Under the pieces are notes generated by a model. It was given only the letters and a program-made list of their open reading frames with translations. It was not told where the DNA came from and searched no databases. Positions 10,573 to 19,172 of a DNA stretch of 50,097 bases are shown here, one piece after another. The translations under genes were made by a program, and so were the position numbers. The stretch lies in contig CAKMZM010000002.1 in NCBI GenBank assembly GCA_929200365.1, positions 1 through 50,097 of the forward strand, read 5' to 3'. Each line of letters starts with the position of its first letter. The stretch's first letter is position 1. This DNA comes from an uncultured Flavobacteriaceae bacterium. Lineage in GTDB: Bacteria; Bacteroidota; Bacteroidia; Flavobacteriales; Flavobacteriaceae.

Positions 10573-11517
10573 ATGTTAACCAGAAGACATATTAGAGTAA
10601 AAGTAATGCAGTCTCTCTATTCGATGAAGCAGACGCAAAGTGATAACCTTGGTAAAGAAGAGAAGTTTCTTCTTTTTAGTATTGATCAGATGTATGAATT
10701 ATTTCTTATTAATCTTCAACTTCTGATAGAAATTAAAAAACACGCCGTTGATTTTTTAGAAAAAAGCCAAAAGAAATACCTTGCTACTTCTGAAGAAAAA
10801 AACCCTAATACCAAGTTTATTAATAATGAAGTTCTGTCATTGTTACAAAAAAACAAACAACTTAAGACAGAAATAGAGAAGAGAAAATTAAATTGCTGGG
10901 AATTAGACGATGAATATGTGGCTATATTATGGAAAGAGATTAAAGAAAGTGAGCTTTATAAAGATTATATGAATACCAAGCTTAGTTCTTTTAGAGAAGA
11001 TAAAAACTTTATACTTGATATTTTCAAAGAAGTCATAGCACCCAATGAAAAACTCTACGAATATATTGAAGATAAAAAGTTAACATGGATTGATGATTTA
11101 CCACTAGTAAATACTTCGATTATCAAAATGCTTAGAAAAGTTAAGTCATCTCACGATGAACAAATGAAACTCCCAAAGCTATATAAGGATATAGAAGATA
11201 AAGAATTTGCTACTGATATTTTTAGAAAAACAACACTTAATAGTGTAGAATTTGCAAAAGAAATCGATGGTAGAACCCCAAATTGGGATCAAGATCGTAT
11301 TGCAGAATTGGATAAAGCTATCATAAAAATGGCTATTTGTGAGCTAGTAAAATTCCCTTCAATACCTGTAAAAGTAACAATCAACGAATATTTGGAAATA
11401 GCAAAAGAATATAGTACTCCGAAAAGTAGTATTTTTATCAATGGAATTTTAGATAAAATTTCTAAAGAGTATCAAGAAAACGGGAAATTAAACAAAGTAG
11501 GTCGAGGATTAATGTAA
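10573..11517 (+). CDS. nusB: Transcription antitermination factor NusB (long Bacteroidota type)
   Basis: MLTRRHIRVKVMQ, IPVKVTINEYLEIAKEYSTPKSSIFINGILD. Confidence 0.95.
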   Translation: MLTRRHIRVKVMQSLYSMKQTQSDNLGKEEKFLLFSIDQMYELFLINLQLLIEIKKHAVDFLEKSQKKYLATSEEKNPNTKFINNEVLSLLQKNKQLKTEIEKRKLNCWELDDEYVAILWKEIKESELYKDYMNTKLSSFREDKNFILDIFKEVIAPNEKLYEYIEDKKLTWIDDLPLVNTSIIKMLRKVKSSHDEQMKLPKLYKDIEDKEFATDIFRKTTLNSVEFAKEIDGRTPNWDQDRIAELDKAIIKMAICELVKFPSIPVKVTINEYLEIAKEYSTPKSSIFINGILDKISKEYQENGKLNKVGRGLM

Positions 11518-11570
11518 TATTTAGAAAAAATAGTATTTTTAACCTTTAAATAATTTAAAAAACCCAAGTA

Positions 11571-12050
11571 ATGAAAAAAGGAATCTTAATTTTAGCCGGA
11601 GTTTTTGCTATGACAGTTATGTCTTGCAAAGATAATGCCGCAGAAAAAGTTAAAGAAGAAAATGTAGAAATAGCTGCAGATCGTGACGCAAAAAATACAA
11701 GTTACCCTGTGATGACTTTTACAAAAGTAGAACATGATTTTGGAACAATCAATGAAGGAGATGTTGTAGAGCATAAGTTTGCGTTTACTAATACTGGTAA
11801 AGCACCTTTAGTGATTGTAAGTGCAAAAGGTAGTTGTGGATGTACTGTGCCAGAGTGGCCAAAAGATCCAATTGCTCCAGGAGATACAGGAGAGATGTTA
11901 GTTAAATTTAACTCTAACGGAAAACCAAATCAGCAAACTAAGCAAGTTACTATAACTGCTAATACTGAGGCTGGAAAAGAAATTGTTAAAATTAAGGCTA
12001 TGGTGACCCCAAAGGCTAAACCCGAAGGTGGAACACCAGTAAGCAAGTAA
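11571..12050 (+). CDS. DUF1573-domain lipoprotein
   Basis: Lipobox VMSC, HDFGTI, SCGCTVPEW; nusB-DUF1573-yajC order. Confidence 0.9.
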   Translation: MKKGILILAGVFAMTVMSCKDNAAEKVKEENVEIAADRDAKNTSYPVMTFTKVEHDFGTINEGDVVEHKFAFTNTGKAPLVIVSAKGSCGCTVPEWPKDPIAPGDTGEMLVKFNSNGKPNQQTKQVTITANTEAGKEIVKIKAMVTPKAKPEGGTPVSK

Positions 12051-12053
12051 TTT

Positions 12054-12344
12054 ATGGATCAAATACAATCATTTCTCCCTTTTATACTGATATTTGTGGT
12101 AATGTATTTTTTTATGATACGACCACAGATGCAGAAAGCAAAAAAGGAGAAAAAATTTGCTGAAGATTTAAAAAAAGGAGATCGTGTTGTAACAAAAAGC
12201 GGTCTTCATGGAAAAGTTTTCGACTTCAGTGAAAAAAACAATGCTATTATTATTGAAACAGGATCTGGTAAATTAACATATGACAAATCTGCAATTTCAT
12301 TAGAGATGAGTCAAAAATTAAATCAACCAACTGATAAGAAGTAA
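12054..12344 (+). CDS. yajC: Preprotein translocase subunit YajC
   Basis: YFFMIRPQ, LKKGDRVVTKSGLHG. Confidence 0.95.
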   Translation: MDQIQSFLPFILIFVVMYFFMIRPQMQKAKKEKKFAEDLKKGDRVVTKSGLHGKVFDFSEKNNAIIIETGSGKLTYDKSAISLEMSQKLNQPTDKK

Positions 12345-12362
12345 TAACTAGCCTACTTATTG

Positions 12363-12402
12363 AAAGCGCGATAAAATTATTTTAATTTTATTGCGCTTTT
12401 TT
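12363..12402 (+). terminator. Intrinsic terminator after yajC
   Basis: AAAGCGCGATAAAATTA / TAATTTTATTGCGCTTT stem + T run. Confidence 0.8.
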
Positions 12403-12417
12403 ATGTGTTTTATTTTA

Positions 12418-12579
12418 GTACATGACAGAAATTAACTGTGAATGGTAATACGCTTAATAATTTTATGGTTTATCAAGACCTCACAGATCTTTAAGACCTG
12501 TGAGGTCTGTAAAACAACAATTTAATAATATTTTAATAATCAATTACTTAAATGTTTATCCTGATTTTTTGTCATGTAC
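12418..12579. mobile_element. 162-bp MITE with TTA target-site duplication and a central REP palindrome
   Basis: TIR GTACATGACA / TGTCATGTAC flanked on both sides by TTA (12415-12417, 12580-12582). Confidence 0.65.
12476..12508. repeat. Flavobacterial REP-type palindrome (ACCT.A.AGGT..ACCT.T.AGGT family), copy 1
   Basis: AGACCTCACAGATCTT-t-AAGACCTGTGAGGTCT, 15/16 arm match. Confidence 0.75.
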
Positions 12580-12619
12580 TTAGGTGTTTTATAGTTGATA
12601 TGGTATTAGTTTGTTTTAT

Positions 12620-13861
12620 CTACATGTTTTTCTTTGCTGTTAACTCAGCAATTTTCACGATTACTTCTACAGCCTTAATCATACTCTCTGCAGGAACATA
12701 TTCGTATCGCCCGTGAAAATTATGTCCGCCTGCAAAAATGTTCGGGCACGGCAGTCCCATAAAGCTTAATTGCGACCCATCTGTTCCTCCTCGTATAGGT
12801 TTTATAAGGGGGATAATATCGAGAGATTTCATAGCCTCTGCTGCAATATCTACAATATGCATTACAGGTTCTACTTTTTCCCTCATATTATAATATTGAT
12901 CTTTGATATCAATACATACTGTTTCTTTGTTATGTTGTGTATTGATTTTATGGGCTAATTCTTTTATGACCTCTTTACGAGTTTCAAACTGTTTTTTATC
13001 AAAATCTCTAATGATATATTGCAATACCGTTTCTTCAACACCTCCTTCTATACTGTATAAATGAAAAAAACCTTCTCGACCAGCAGTATGTTCAGGAGTT
13101 TCTTTTCTGGGCAATGAATTAATAAAGTCCTGAGCGATATACATACTATTAATCATTTTTCCTTTGGCATACCCAGGATGAACCATCTTTCCTTTAATAG
13201 TAACCACGGCTTTGGCAGCATTAAAACTTTCATACTCAAGTTCTCCGATACGGCTACCATCCATAGTATAAGCCCAATCTGCACCAAATTTTGAAACATC
13301 AAATTTATGAGCACCACGACCAATCTCTTCATCAGGAGTAAACCCAACACGAATTTTTCCATGTTTGATCTCAGGATGTTGTATCAGATATTCCATAGCT
13401 GTTACAATTTCTGTAACCCCTGCCTTATCATCAGCTCCTAATAGTGTTGTACCATCTGTAGTAATAAGAGTTTGACCTTTGTATTGTTTTAGATCATCAA
13501 AATAATCTGGAGAAAGTATAATATTTTCTGAAGCATTTAGGACAATATCTTTTCCATCATAATTTTCGATAACCTGTGGTTTTATATTTGCTCCCGTAAA
13601 ATCAGGACTGGTGTCAAAATGAGCTACAAAACCAATAGTAGATACCTCATGATCTATATTAGAGGGCAACGTTGCCATGATATACGCATGTTTATCTATA
13701 CTTACATCTTCTAGACCAATTTCTTTTAATTCCTCGACCAGTTTATGGGCAAGATCCCACTGTTTTTTGGTACTGGGAGTTGTATTACTTTTGGGGTCAC
13801 TTTCGGTATCAATAGTTACATAGCTTATTAACCTATTTATAATGTGTTGTTTTGAAATCAT
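12620..13861 (-). CDS. pepT: Peptidase T (tripeptide aminopeptidase)
   Basis: [41 protein letters not shown]. Confidence 0.95.
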   Translation of the reverse strand: MISKQHIINRLISYVTIDTESDPKSNTTPSTKKQWDLAHKLVEELKEIGLEDVSIDKHAYIMATLPSNIDHEVSTIGFVAHFDTSPDFTGANIKPQVIENYDGKDIVLNASENIILSPDYFDDLKQYKGQTLITTDGTTLLGADDKAGVTEIVTAMEYLIQHPEIKHGKIRVGFTPDEEIGRGAHKFDVSKFGADWAYTMDGSRIGELEYESFNAAKAVVTIKGKMVHPGYAKGKMINSMYIAQDFINSLPRKETPEHTAGREGFFHLYSIEGGVEETVLQYIIRDFDKKQFETRKEVIKELAHKINTQHNKETVCIDIKDQYYNMREKVEPVMHIVDIAAEAMKSLDIIPLIKPIRGGTDGSQLSFMGLPCPNIFAGGHNFHGRYEYVPAESMIKAVEVIVKIAELTAKKNM

Positions 13862-13962
13862 TCTTGATTAAAATTTTAGTGTAAATCAAAAATAGAACTA
13901 TGTTTAGACTTTATTTAAAAAAAGAATTTTTTTTTGTACAAAATAGGATCGAGAAACTTCTG

Positions 13963-14117
13963 TAATCCTAACTTTGTTATCTTACCAATAGGCTGCTAGT
14001 AAAAAAGCGTTAGGGATTGCAGTAAAAATCCCACAGCCCGACGATAGGAGGTGCGAGGAATTGTAACGAAAAGCCCGACCCGATAGGGAAACGCCCTTAT
14101 ATGACAGAGTAGGATTA
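13963..14117 (-). ncRNA. Structured repeat, Flavo-1 RNA-like core (14007-14096) inside terminal inverted repeats, copy 1
   Basis: Minus strand GGGCGTTTCCCTATCGGGTCGGGCTTTTCGTTACAAT...GGATTTTTACTGCAATCCCTAACGC; near-identical inverted copy at 26.6 kb; resemblance to Flavo-1 is from memory of the motif. Confidence 0.6.
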
Positions 14118-14492
14118 AATACCCAAAAAGTGAAAAAATTATGTATAGAGAGTAAAGAACGGCTTATCGATATTATTAGCGGATCTTTTGATAAGACGCC
14201 CCAGGATAAAAAACAACTTTAATTCCTTGATATGGGATATACGATTAAGGGCATGTTTAAACACAATGTAAACTGAAAATCAATAGTTTGAAACTAAATG
14301 TTTTAAAAAAAGGATAAAAATATGTTTGGAACAGAAATGTATCCCATAATATTTTTTTATACTCATTTTTCAAATACTAGTTCTTTTTGCTCAGCTTTTT
14401 TTTTAAATCCTCTAAAATTACTGCTACCTTTTTTAATACAGCTACAGCAAACCACATGGTGGGGAAAAAAGTTTTTTGTAAGGAGTATCCAG

Positions 14493-14784
14493 AGCCCAGT
14501 TAAAGGGTCTCAACAAGGGGGTACCCCCTTATCGACATGGGGGCCACCCCATCAAAAGGTAGTTCGAGCTGATCCTGTAACGCTTCAAAGGGTGATGACG
14601 ACCCTTCGAAGGGATACAATCAGGGGTCGAGCTCATATCGTATGGCCTATAGGGCTTGGTAAGAGGGGTAAAAGTGATACCTTTTGGGGGTCGAAGCCAT
14701 AAAGGGAGCCTTCGAAGGAGTTCGGTAACGCTTCGAAGGGTGTTATTAAGAGGTAGAAGCATCCTGATAAGGGGTAAATGGTAT
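14493..14784. repeat. GC-rich degenerate tandem array with 21-bp period (about 13-14 units)
   Basis: (T/G)TCGA(A/G)-like cores at 14563, 14584, 14605, 14626, 14668, then (+1 shift) 14690, 14711, 14732, 14753, 14774. Confidence 0.7.
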
Positions 14785-14820
14785 AAAAAAACTGCACCAG
14801 CCATAAAGACTGGCACAGTT
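14785..14820 (-). terminator. Orphan intrinsic terminator abutting the 21-bp array
   Basis: Minus strand AACUGUGCCAGUC-loop-GGCUGGUGCAGUU followed by a U run. Confidence 0.65.
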
Positions 14821-15282
14821 CTAATACGATGTTGATACCAGTTTTATTTTTCAGGATCAGGAATTTTTTAAGAAAAATTTGACTATTTTTTGATTTTGTT
14901 AAGATTGTATACCCATGTCCTATCCTCTAATCACAGCAGTTCTACAATGATTCAAGAAATGATCATGAAAATGGAAAAATAGTAAGGAATCTTATTAAAA
15001 GCTACGGAAAATCAAAAATCAAAAACTAGATATTCCAAAGCTTTTTTTTAGTTTTTGGAAACCAAGACCCAAGTAGCATAGAACAGAGGTCGGAAGATGG
15101 GAGTTGGGGGATGTCCGTCTGACAATAAAGCAACACCTTATTTTGTTGTTTAGCTTCAATCAGATTATTAGAATGATAAAAGGACTGTTGAATTTAGTTT
15201 GTGGGATTGCTTTTTTACATAATAATAGCACTTTTTGATTAAAGCATGATTGAATTCGTTTTTCAATTTGTAAGTAAAGTTC

Positions 15283-15290
15283 TACTTTTG
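15283..15290 (+). promoter_or_regulatory. Bacteroidota -7 promoter element for pyrD
   Basis: TACTTTTG 20 nt upstream of ATG. Confidence 0.6.
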
Positions 15291-15310
15291 CAGTATTCAA
15301 AACAAATTTA

Positions 15311-16378
15311 ATGTATAAATCCTTACTACGCCCTTTATTATTCCTGTTTGACCCAGAAAATGTACATCACTTTACTTTTAGAATAATTCATTTTTTTTCT
15401 AAAATCCCCTTAGTTCCGTCAATTTTTAGAAGGTTATATACTGTTAATGACCCAAGGTTGCAACGAGAGGTTTTTGGATTGAAATTTAAAAACCCAGTGG
15501 GATTGGCAGCAGGATTTGATAAAAATGCAGTTTTGTATAATGAACTGGCTAATTTTGGATTTGGGTTTATAGAAATAGGAACCGTAACTCCTAGGGGGCA
15601 GGTGGGTAATCCTAAAAAAAGATTGTTCAGGCTTAAAGCAGATAAAGGAATTATTAATAGAATGGGATTTAATAATGATGGTCTGGAAGCAGTTATACAT
15701 CAACTTAAAAAAAATAAGGATAGGCTTATTATTGGGGGCAATATAGGAAAGAATACAGATACGTTGCCAGAGCATTATACCAAAGATTATCTCGAATGTT
15801 TTAGAACATTACATCCTTATGTAGATTATTTTGTATTGAATGTGAGTTGCCCAAACGTGGGTAGCCATGCAAAGCTAAATGATAAAGAATACTTAAACGA
15901 ATTAATAGTAGCTGTACAAGCAGAAAATAAAACGTTTGAAAAACAGAAACCTATTGTATTGAAAATTGCACCCGATTTAAATACAAATCAACTAGATGAA
16001 ATCATAGAACTGGTAGCCGAAACTAATTTAGACGGTGTGATTGCAAGCAATACTTCTGTTACCAGAGAAGGGTTGAAAACTCCTAAGGGTAAATTAGAAA
16101 CGATAGGTAATGGGGGATTGAGTGGCCAACCCATAAAAAATAAAAGTACAGAAGTAATTAAATATTTATCTGATAAAAGCAATAAAGCGTTTCCGATTAT
16201 TGGAGTAGGAGGAATACATAGTGCTACCGATGCTATAGAGAAATTAGAAGCGGGAGCAAGTCTGGTACAAATATATACAGGTTTTATATATGAAGGGCCC
16301 CAATTGATTAGGGATATTAATAAAGCACTACTTTATAACGCAAACCTTCAAGGTTTACAAAAAACCTTGAAGGTTTAG
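15311..16378 (+). CDS. pyrD: Quinone-dependent dihydroorotate dehydrogenase
   Basis: [44 protein letters not shown]. Confidence 0.95.
   Translation: MYKSLLRPLLFLFDPENVHHFTFRIIHFFSKIPLVPSIFRRLYTVNDPRLQREVFGLKFKNPVGLAAGFDKNAVLYNELANFGFGFIEIGTVTPRGQVGNPKKRLFRLKADKGIINRMGFNNDGLEAVIHQLKKNKDRLIIGGNIGKNTDTLPEHYTKDYLECFRTLHPYVDYFVLNVSCPNVGSHAKLNDKEYLNELIVAVQAENKTFEKQKPIVLKIAPDLNTNQLDEIIELVAETNLDGVIASNTSVTREGLKTPKGKLETIGNGGLSGQPIKNKSTEVIKYLSDKSNKAFPIIGVGGIHSATDAIEKLEAGASLVQIYTGFIYEGPQLIRDINKALLYNANLQGLQKTLKV
16342..16376. repeat. REP-type palindrome, copy 2, within the pyrD 3' end
   Basis: AAACCTTCAAGGTTT-acaaa-AAACCTTGAAGGTTT perfect 15-bp arms. Confidence 0.8.
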
Positions 16379-16382
16379 AGGT

Positions 16383-17006
16383 ATGAACTACGAAATTCTC
16401 TACACCTTTATTATAGCAACATTGGCATTATCAATCTCACCAGGGCCCGATAATATATTTGTGCTAATGCAAAGTGTGGTAAATGGTAAAAAATACGGAT
16501 TGGCCGTTGTAGCAGGTCTAATGTCTGGATGTTTGATTCATACTACACTAGTTGCTTTTGGAGTATCAGTAATTATTAAACAGAGTGAAATGCTATTTTT
16601 TACCATCAAATTATTCGGAGCGTTATATTTGTTTTTTCTGGCTTACAAAGTGTTTAGAAGTGAAGCTGAGGTAAGTCTTGCAGAAAATAAGATGCCTAAA
16701 AAAAGCCTTGGGCAATTATTTAAACAAGGATTTATAATGAATGTTTTAAATCCTAAAGTATCTATATTCTTTTTGGCATTTTTTCCAGGATTCTTATTTA
16801 GCAAAACAATAAGTAATGTTGTACAATTTTATATACTTGGATTTCTTTTTATTGTAGTTTCGTTTATTGTTTTTGGTTTGATAGCTGTTCTGGCAGGATC
16901 TATTGCAGAATATTTAAAAAAGAGTTCGAAAATTGGGGTTGTTCTAAAATGGCTTCAGATTATTGTTTTTATGGGGATAGGAGTTTTTATTCTCACCTCG
17001 GAGTAA
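16383..17006 (+). CDS. LysE/RhtB family translocator
   Basis: SPGPDNIFV, GALYL, GFIMNVLNPKVSIFFLAFFPGF. Confidence 0.93.
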   Translation: MNYEILYTFIIATLALSISPGPDNIFVLMQSVVNGKKYGLAVVAGLMSGCLIHTTLVAFGVSVIIKQSEMLFFTIKLFGALYLFFLAYKVFRSEAEVSLAENKMPKKSLGQLFKQGFIMNVLNPKVSIFFLAFFPGFLFSKTISNVVQFYILGFLFIVVSFIVFGLIAVLAGSIAEYLKKSSKIGVVLKWLQIIVFMGIGVFILTSE

Positions 17007-17017
17007 TAAATGGAGAT

Positions 17018-17045
17018 AAAAAAACCAAGACATTACGCCTTGGTT
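17018..17045 (-). terminator. Terminator between convergent LysE and collagen-like genes
   Basis: Minus strand AACCAAGGCG-taa-TGTCTTGGTT + T run. Confidence 0.65.
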
Positions 17046-17105
17046 CTTTATATAGGTAATGGGGTAAGCTATACATTCTCTGTTACATACTAGTTTTAGG
17101 TATGA

Positions 17106-17678
17106 CTACTTTTCGATATTAAAATGTTTCATGACTGCATAGTAATCATTAATATCAACTCCTTTTTCTTTTAGTTTGGATAGAATATCACGTTGCTCAC
17201 TGTTTTTATTTGTCGATGCTATGATTACAATTCTTAGTTCATGAAGTTCCCCGGCAGTAACAGAAAATGTAGTGTTTAGATTTCTATTATAGAAATCCAT
17301 AGAATATTGCTCCAATTCTATAAAGGTTCTGATATCAATTCCTAGTGGAGCTAAATCATTATTTGGGATAGGGTATAAACGAGTGCTTCCGCCTAATTTT
17401 AAATACCCCAAAATTGCATCATTATCAATTACTTCTTGAGTGAGTTCTGGCATAGATTGGTCATGAAAAGATCCCGATACTGTAGAAAGATCATAGGTAA
17501 AAGATTGAACATTGGCATTGCCATCCTGTCCATTAGTGCCATTAATCCCGGCAACACCTTGTTCTCCTTGCGGACCAGCAGGACCTATAGCGCCATCTTC
17601 TCCATCAGAGCAAGCAAATGCTAATAATGTAATAAGTAATAAAAAAAAGTACTTTAGTTTTAAATTTTTTGTTTTCAT
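17106..17678 (-). CDS. Collagen-like (Gly-X-Y) surface lipoprotein
   Basis: Lipobox AFAC, GEDGAIGPAGPQGEQGVAGINGTNGQDGNANV. Confidence 0.85.
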   Translation of the reverse strand: MKTKNLKLKYFFLLLITLLAFACSDGEDGAIGPAGPQGEQGVAGINGTNGQDGNANVQSFTYDLSTVSGSFHDQSMPELTQEVIDNDAILGYLKLGGSTRLYPIPNNDLAPLGIDIRTFIELEQYSMDFYNRNLNTTFSVTAGELHELRIVIIASTNKNSEQRDILSKLKEKGVDINDYYAVMKHFNIEK

Positions 17679-17910
17679 GATGTAAAGTTTTAATGATGTA
17701 ACCCATTGTACATTTAGATATTTTTTATCAAAATTTGTTAATTCAAGTGCTTTTCTCCTAATGTGTGTTAGGAAAGAAGCGTATCGAGAATAGAATTATT
17801 GGCCAAAAGAGCTATTTTCGATACATTTTGTCTTCATTTCATTACAGCAAAACACTCGAATTGACACTTTTTTGTAGCATTTTTCTTAAATACATAACAG
17901 GTTGATATAT

Positions 17911-19161
17911 TTAGTTGAGAATCCAAACCGAATTGCTTGCCTGGCTTAGTGATGAACCACCAGCTACGGCATATAGTTTTCCGTGTAATGATGCGAAGGC
18001 ATATTTTAGCTCTTTGGTGATAGGAATTCGGTTTGTGGCCAACTCCCAATCAATTCCGTTACTCGATTGATAATAATTAGTAAGATTACCACCAGATACT
18101 ATGTTAAGCCTATTGTTTAAGACAGCAAGTGTTGGATTGTATGCGAAGTTTATCATTGTGTTGTTTGATAGTTCATCCCATGTAACTCCATTTGCACTTG
18201 TTCGTATAATTACGCTTCGGTTACTTGGATCTCCTTTTTCTAAAACACCATACAATGTATTGTTTAAATTTGCAACAGCCATCCCATATTTAAAATGAAA
18301 ACCATGGTTTTCAGTTTCCAAAATCCAATTTAGACCATCTGTAGAACTGTAGACATAACGCTCATTAGAAGGATCTCCTATATTACTATTATATGCGGCA
18401 ATACGCCATAATTTGTTATTAAACACGGTCATGGTCATATTATTATATTGCAGAAATGGAGTTGTCTCGGCTTCCTCTGTCCAGATAATACCATCTTCAG
18501 AACTATAGATTGCCCTGGATACAAATCCTCCTCGCACACCTCCGTAAATCCATAATTTGTTTTGAAATACAATGGTGTAGTGTCTGTCAATAGCCCCAAA
18601 TACCGGAGCATCTTGTGCTAAAACCCAGGTAACACCATCAGAACTTGACCAAATATCCCCCAAAGGATCTCCTGCTTCATTTTGTCCTCCTATAACCCAT
18701 AATTTGTCATTAAAAGCTACTGTAGTCGAATATGCCCGCTTAGGAAAAGCTGCATTGTCGGTAAGTAATCTGGGGGCGATGTGCTCTGTAGTAAAAGTTC
18801 TGATTGCAGATGTAGCAATATCTTTTGTGCCATTATTTGCTGTTACTCTCCATTTATAAATAGTTCCAGTTTCAAGAGGAGTTTCTATGGTGTATGATGT
18901 CGTACTTACTGTGGCTATCTTACTCATATTGTTGTCATCAGGCCCGATATAAATATCATAGTTAAAAGATTCATTACTCTCGAAGGCATCCCATGATAGT
19001 TCTCCATCAATACGAACCAGTGTTTCATCTGTAGTTGGTGTAGAAAGTGTGATTTCCCCAAGTTCAAATTGTATAATAGGTTGGTCATCATCATTTTTAC
19101 AACTTAGTAGTAGTGTACAAAGCACTAAAGCGATATTAAAATGTTTAAAAAAAGTTTTCAT
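17911..19161 (-). CDS. Surface lipoprotein, FN3-like N-domain + Kelch/BNR-like beta-propeller
   Basis: LLSCKNDDD, YKWRV, repeats of LWVIGG / IWSSSDGVTW. Confidence 0.85.
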   Translation of the reverse strand: MKTFFKHFNIALVLCTLLLSCKNDDDQPIIQFELGEITLSTPTTDETLVRIDGELSWDAFESNESFNYDIYIGPDDNNMSKIATVSTTSYTIETPLETGTIYKWRVTANNGTKDIATSAIRTFTTEHIAPRLLTDNAAFPKRAYSTTVAFNDKLWVIGGQNEAGDPLGDIWSSSDGVTWVLAQDAPVFGAIDRHYTIVFQNKLWIYGGVRGGFVSRAIYSSEDGIIWTEEAETTPFLQYNNMTMTVFNNKLWRIAAYNSNIGDPSNERYVYSSTDGLNWILETENHGFHFKYGMAVANLNNTLYGVLEKGDPSNRSVIIRTSANGVTWDELSNNTMINFAYNPTLAVLNNRLNIVSGGNLTNYYQSSNGIDWELATNRIPITKELKYAFASLHGKLYAVAGGSSLSQASNSVWILN

Positions 19162-19172
19162 GTGTTCTTACT

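Noticed and set aside
14130-14222. Short frame VKKLCIESKERLIDIISGSFDKTPQDKKQL, faintly like a GNAT N-terminus
   Set aside because: Too short and degenerate to support
14493-14784. Possible CRISPR array
   Set aside because: Units are contiguous degenerate 21-mers with no conserved repeat/unique spacer alternation and no cas genes
14322-14816. ORFs 14322..14702 (+) and 14529..14816 (-)
   Set aside because: They are by-products of the GC-rich 21-bp array (few stop codons); no recognisable motifs, and they overlap each other antisense
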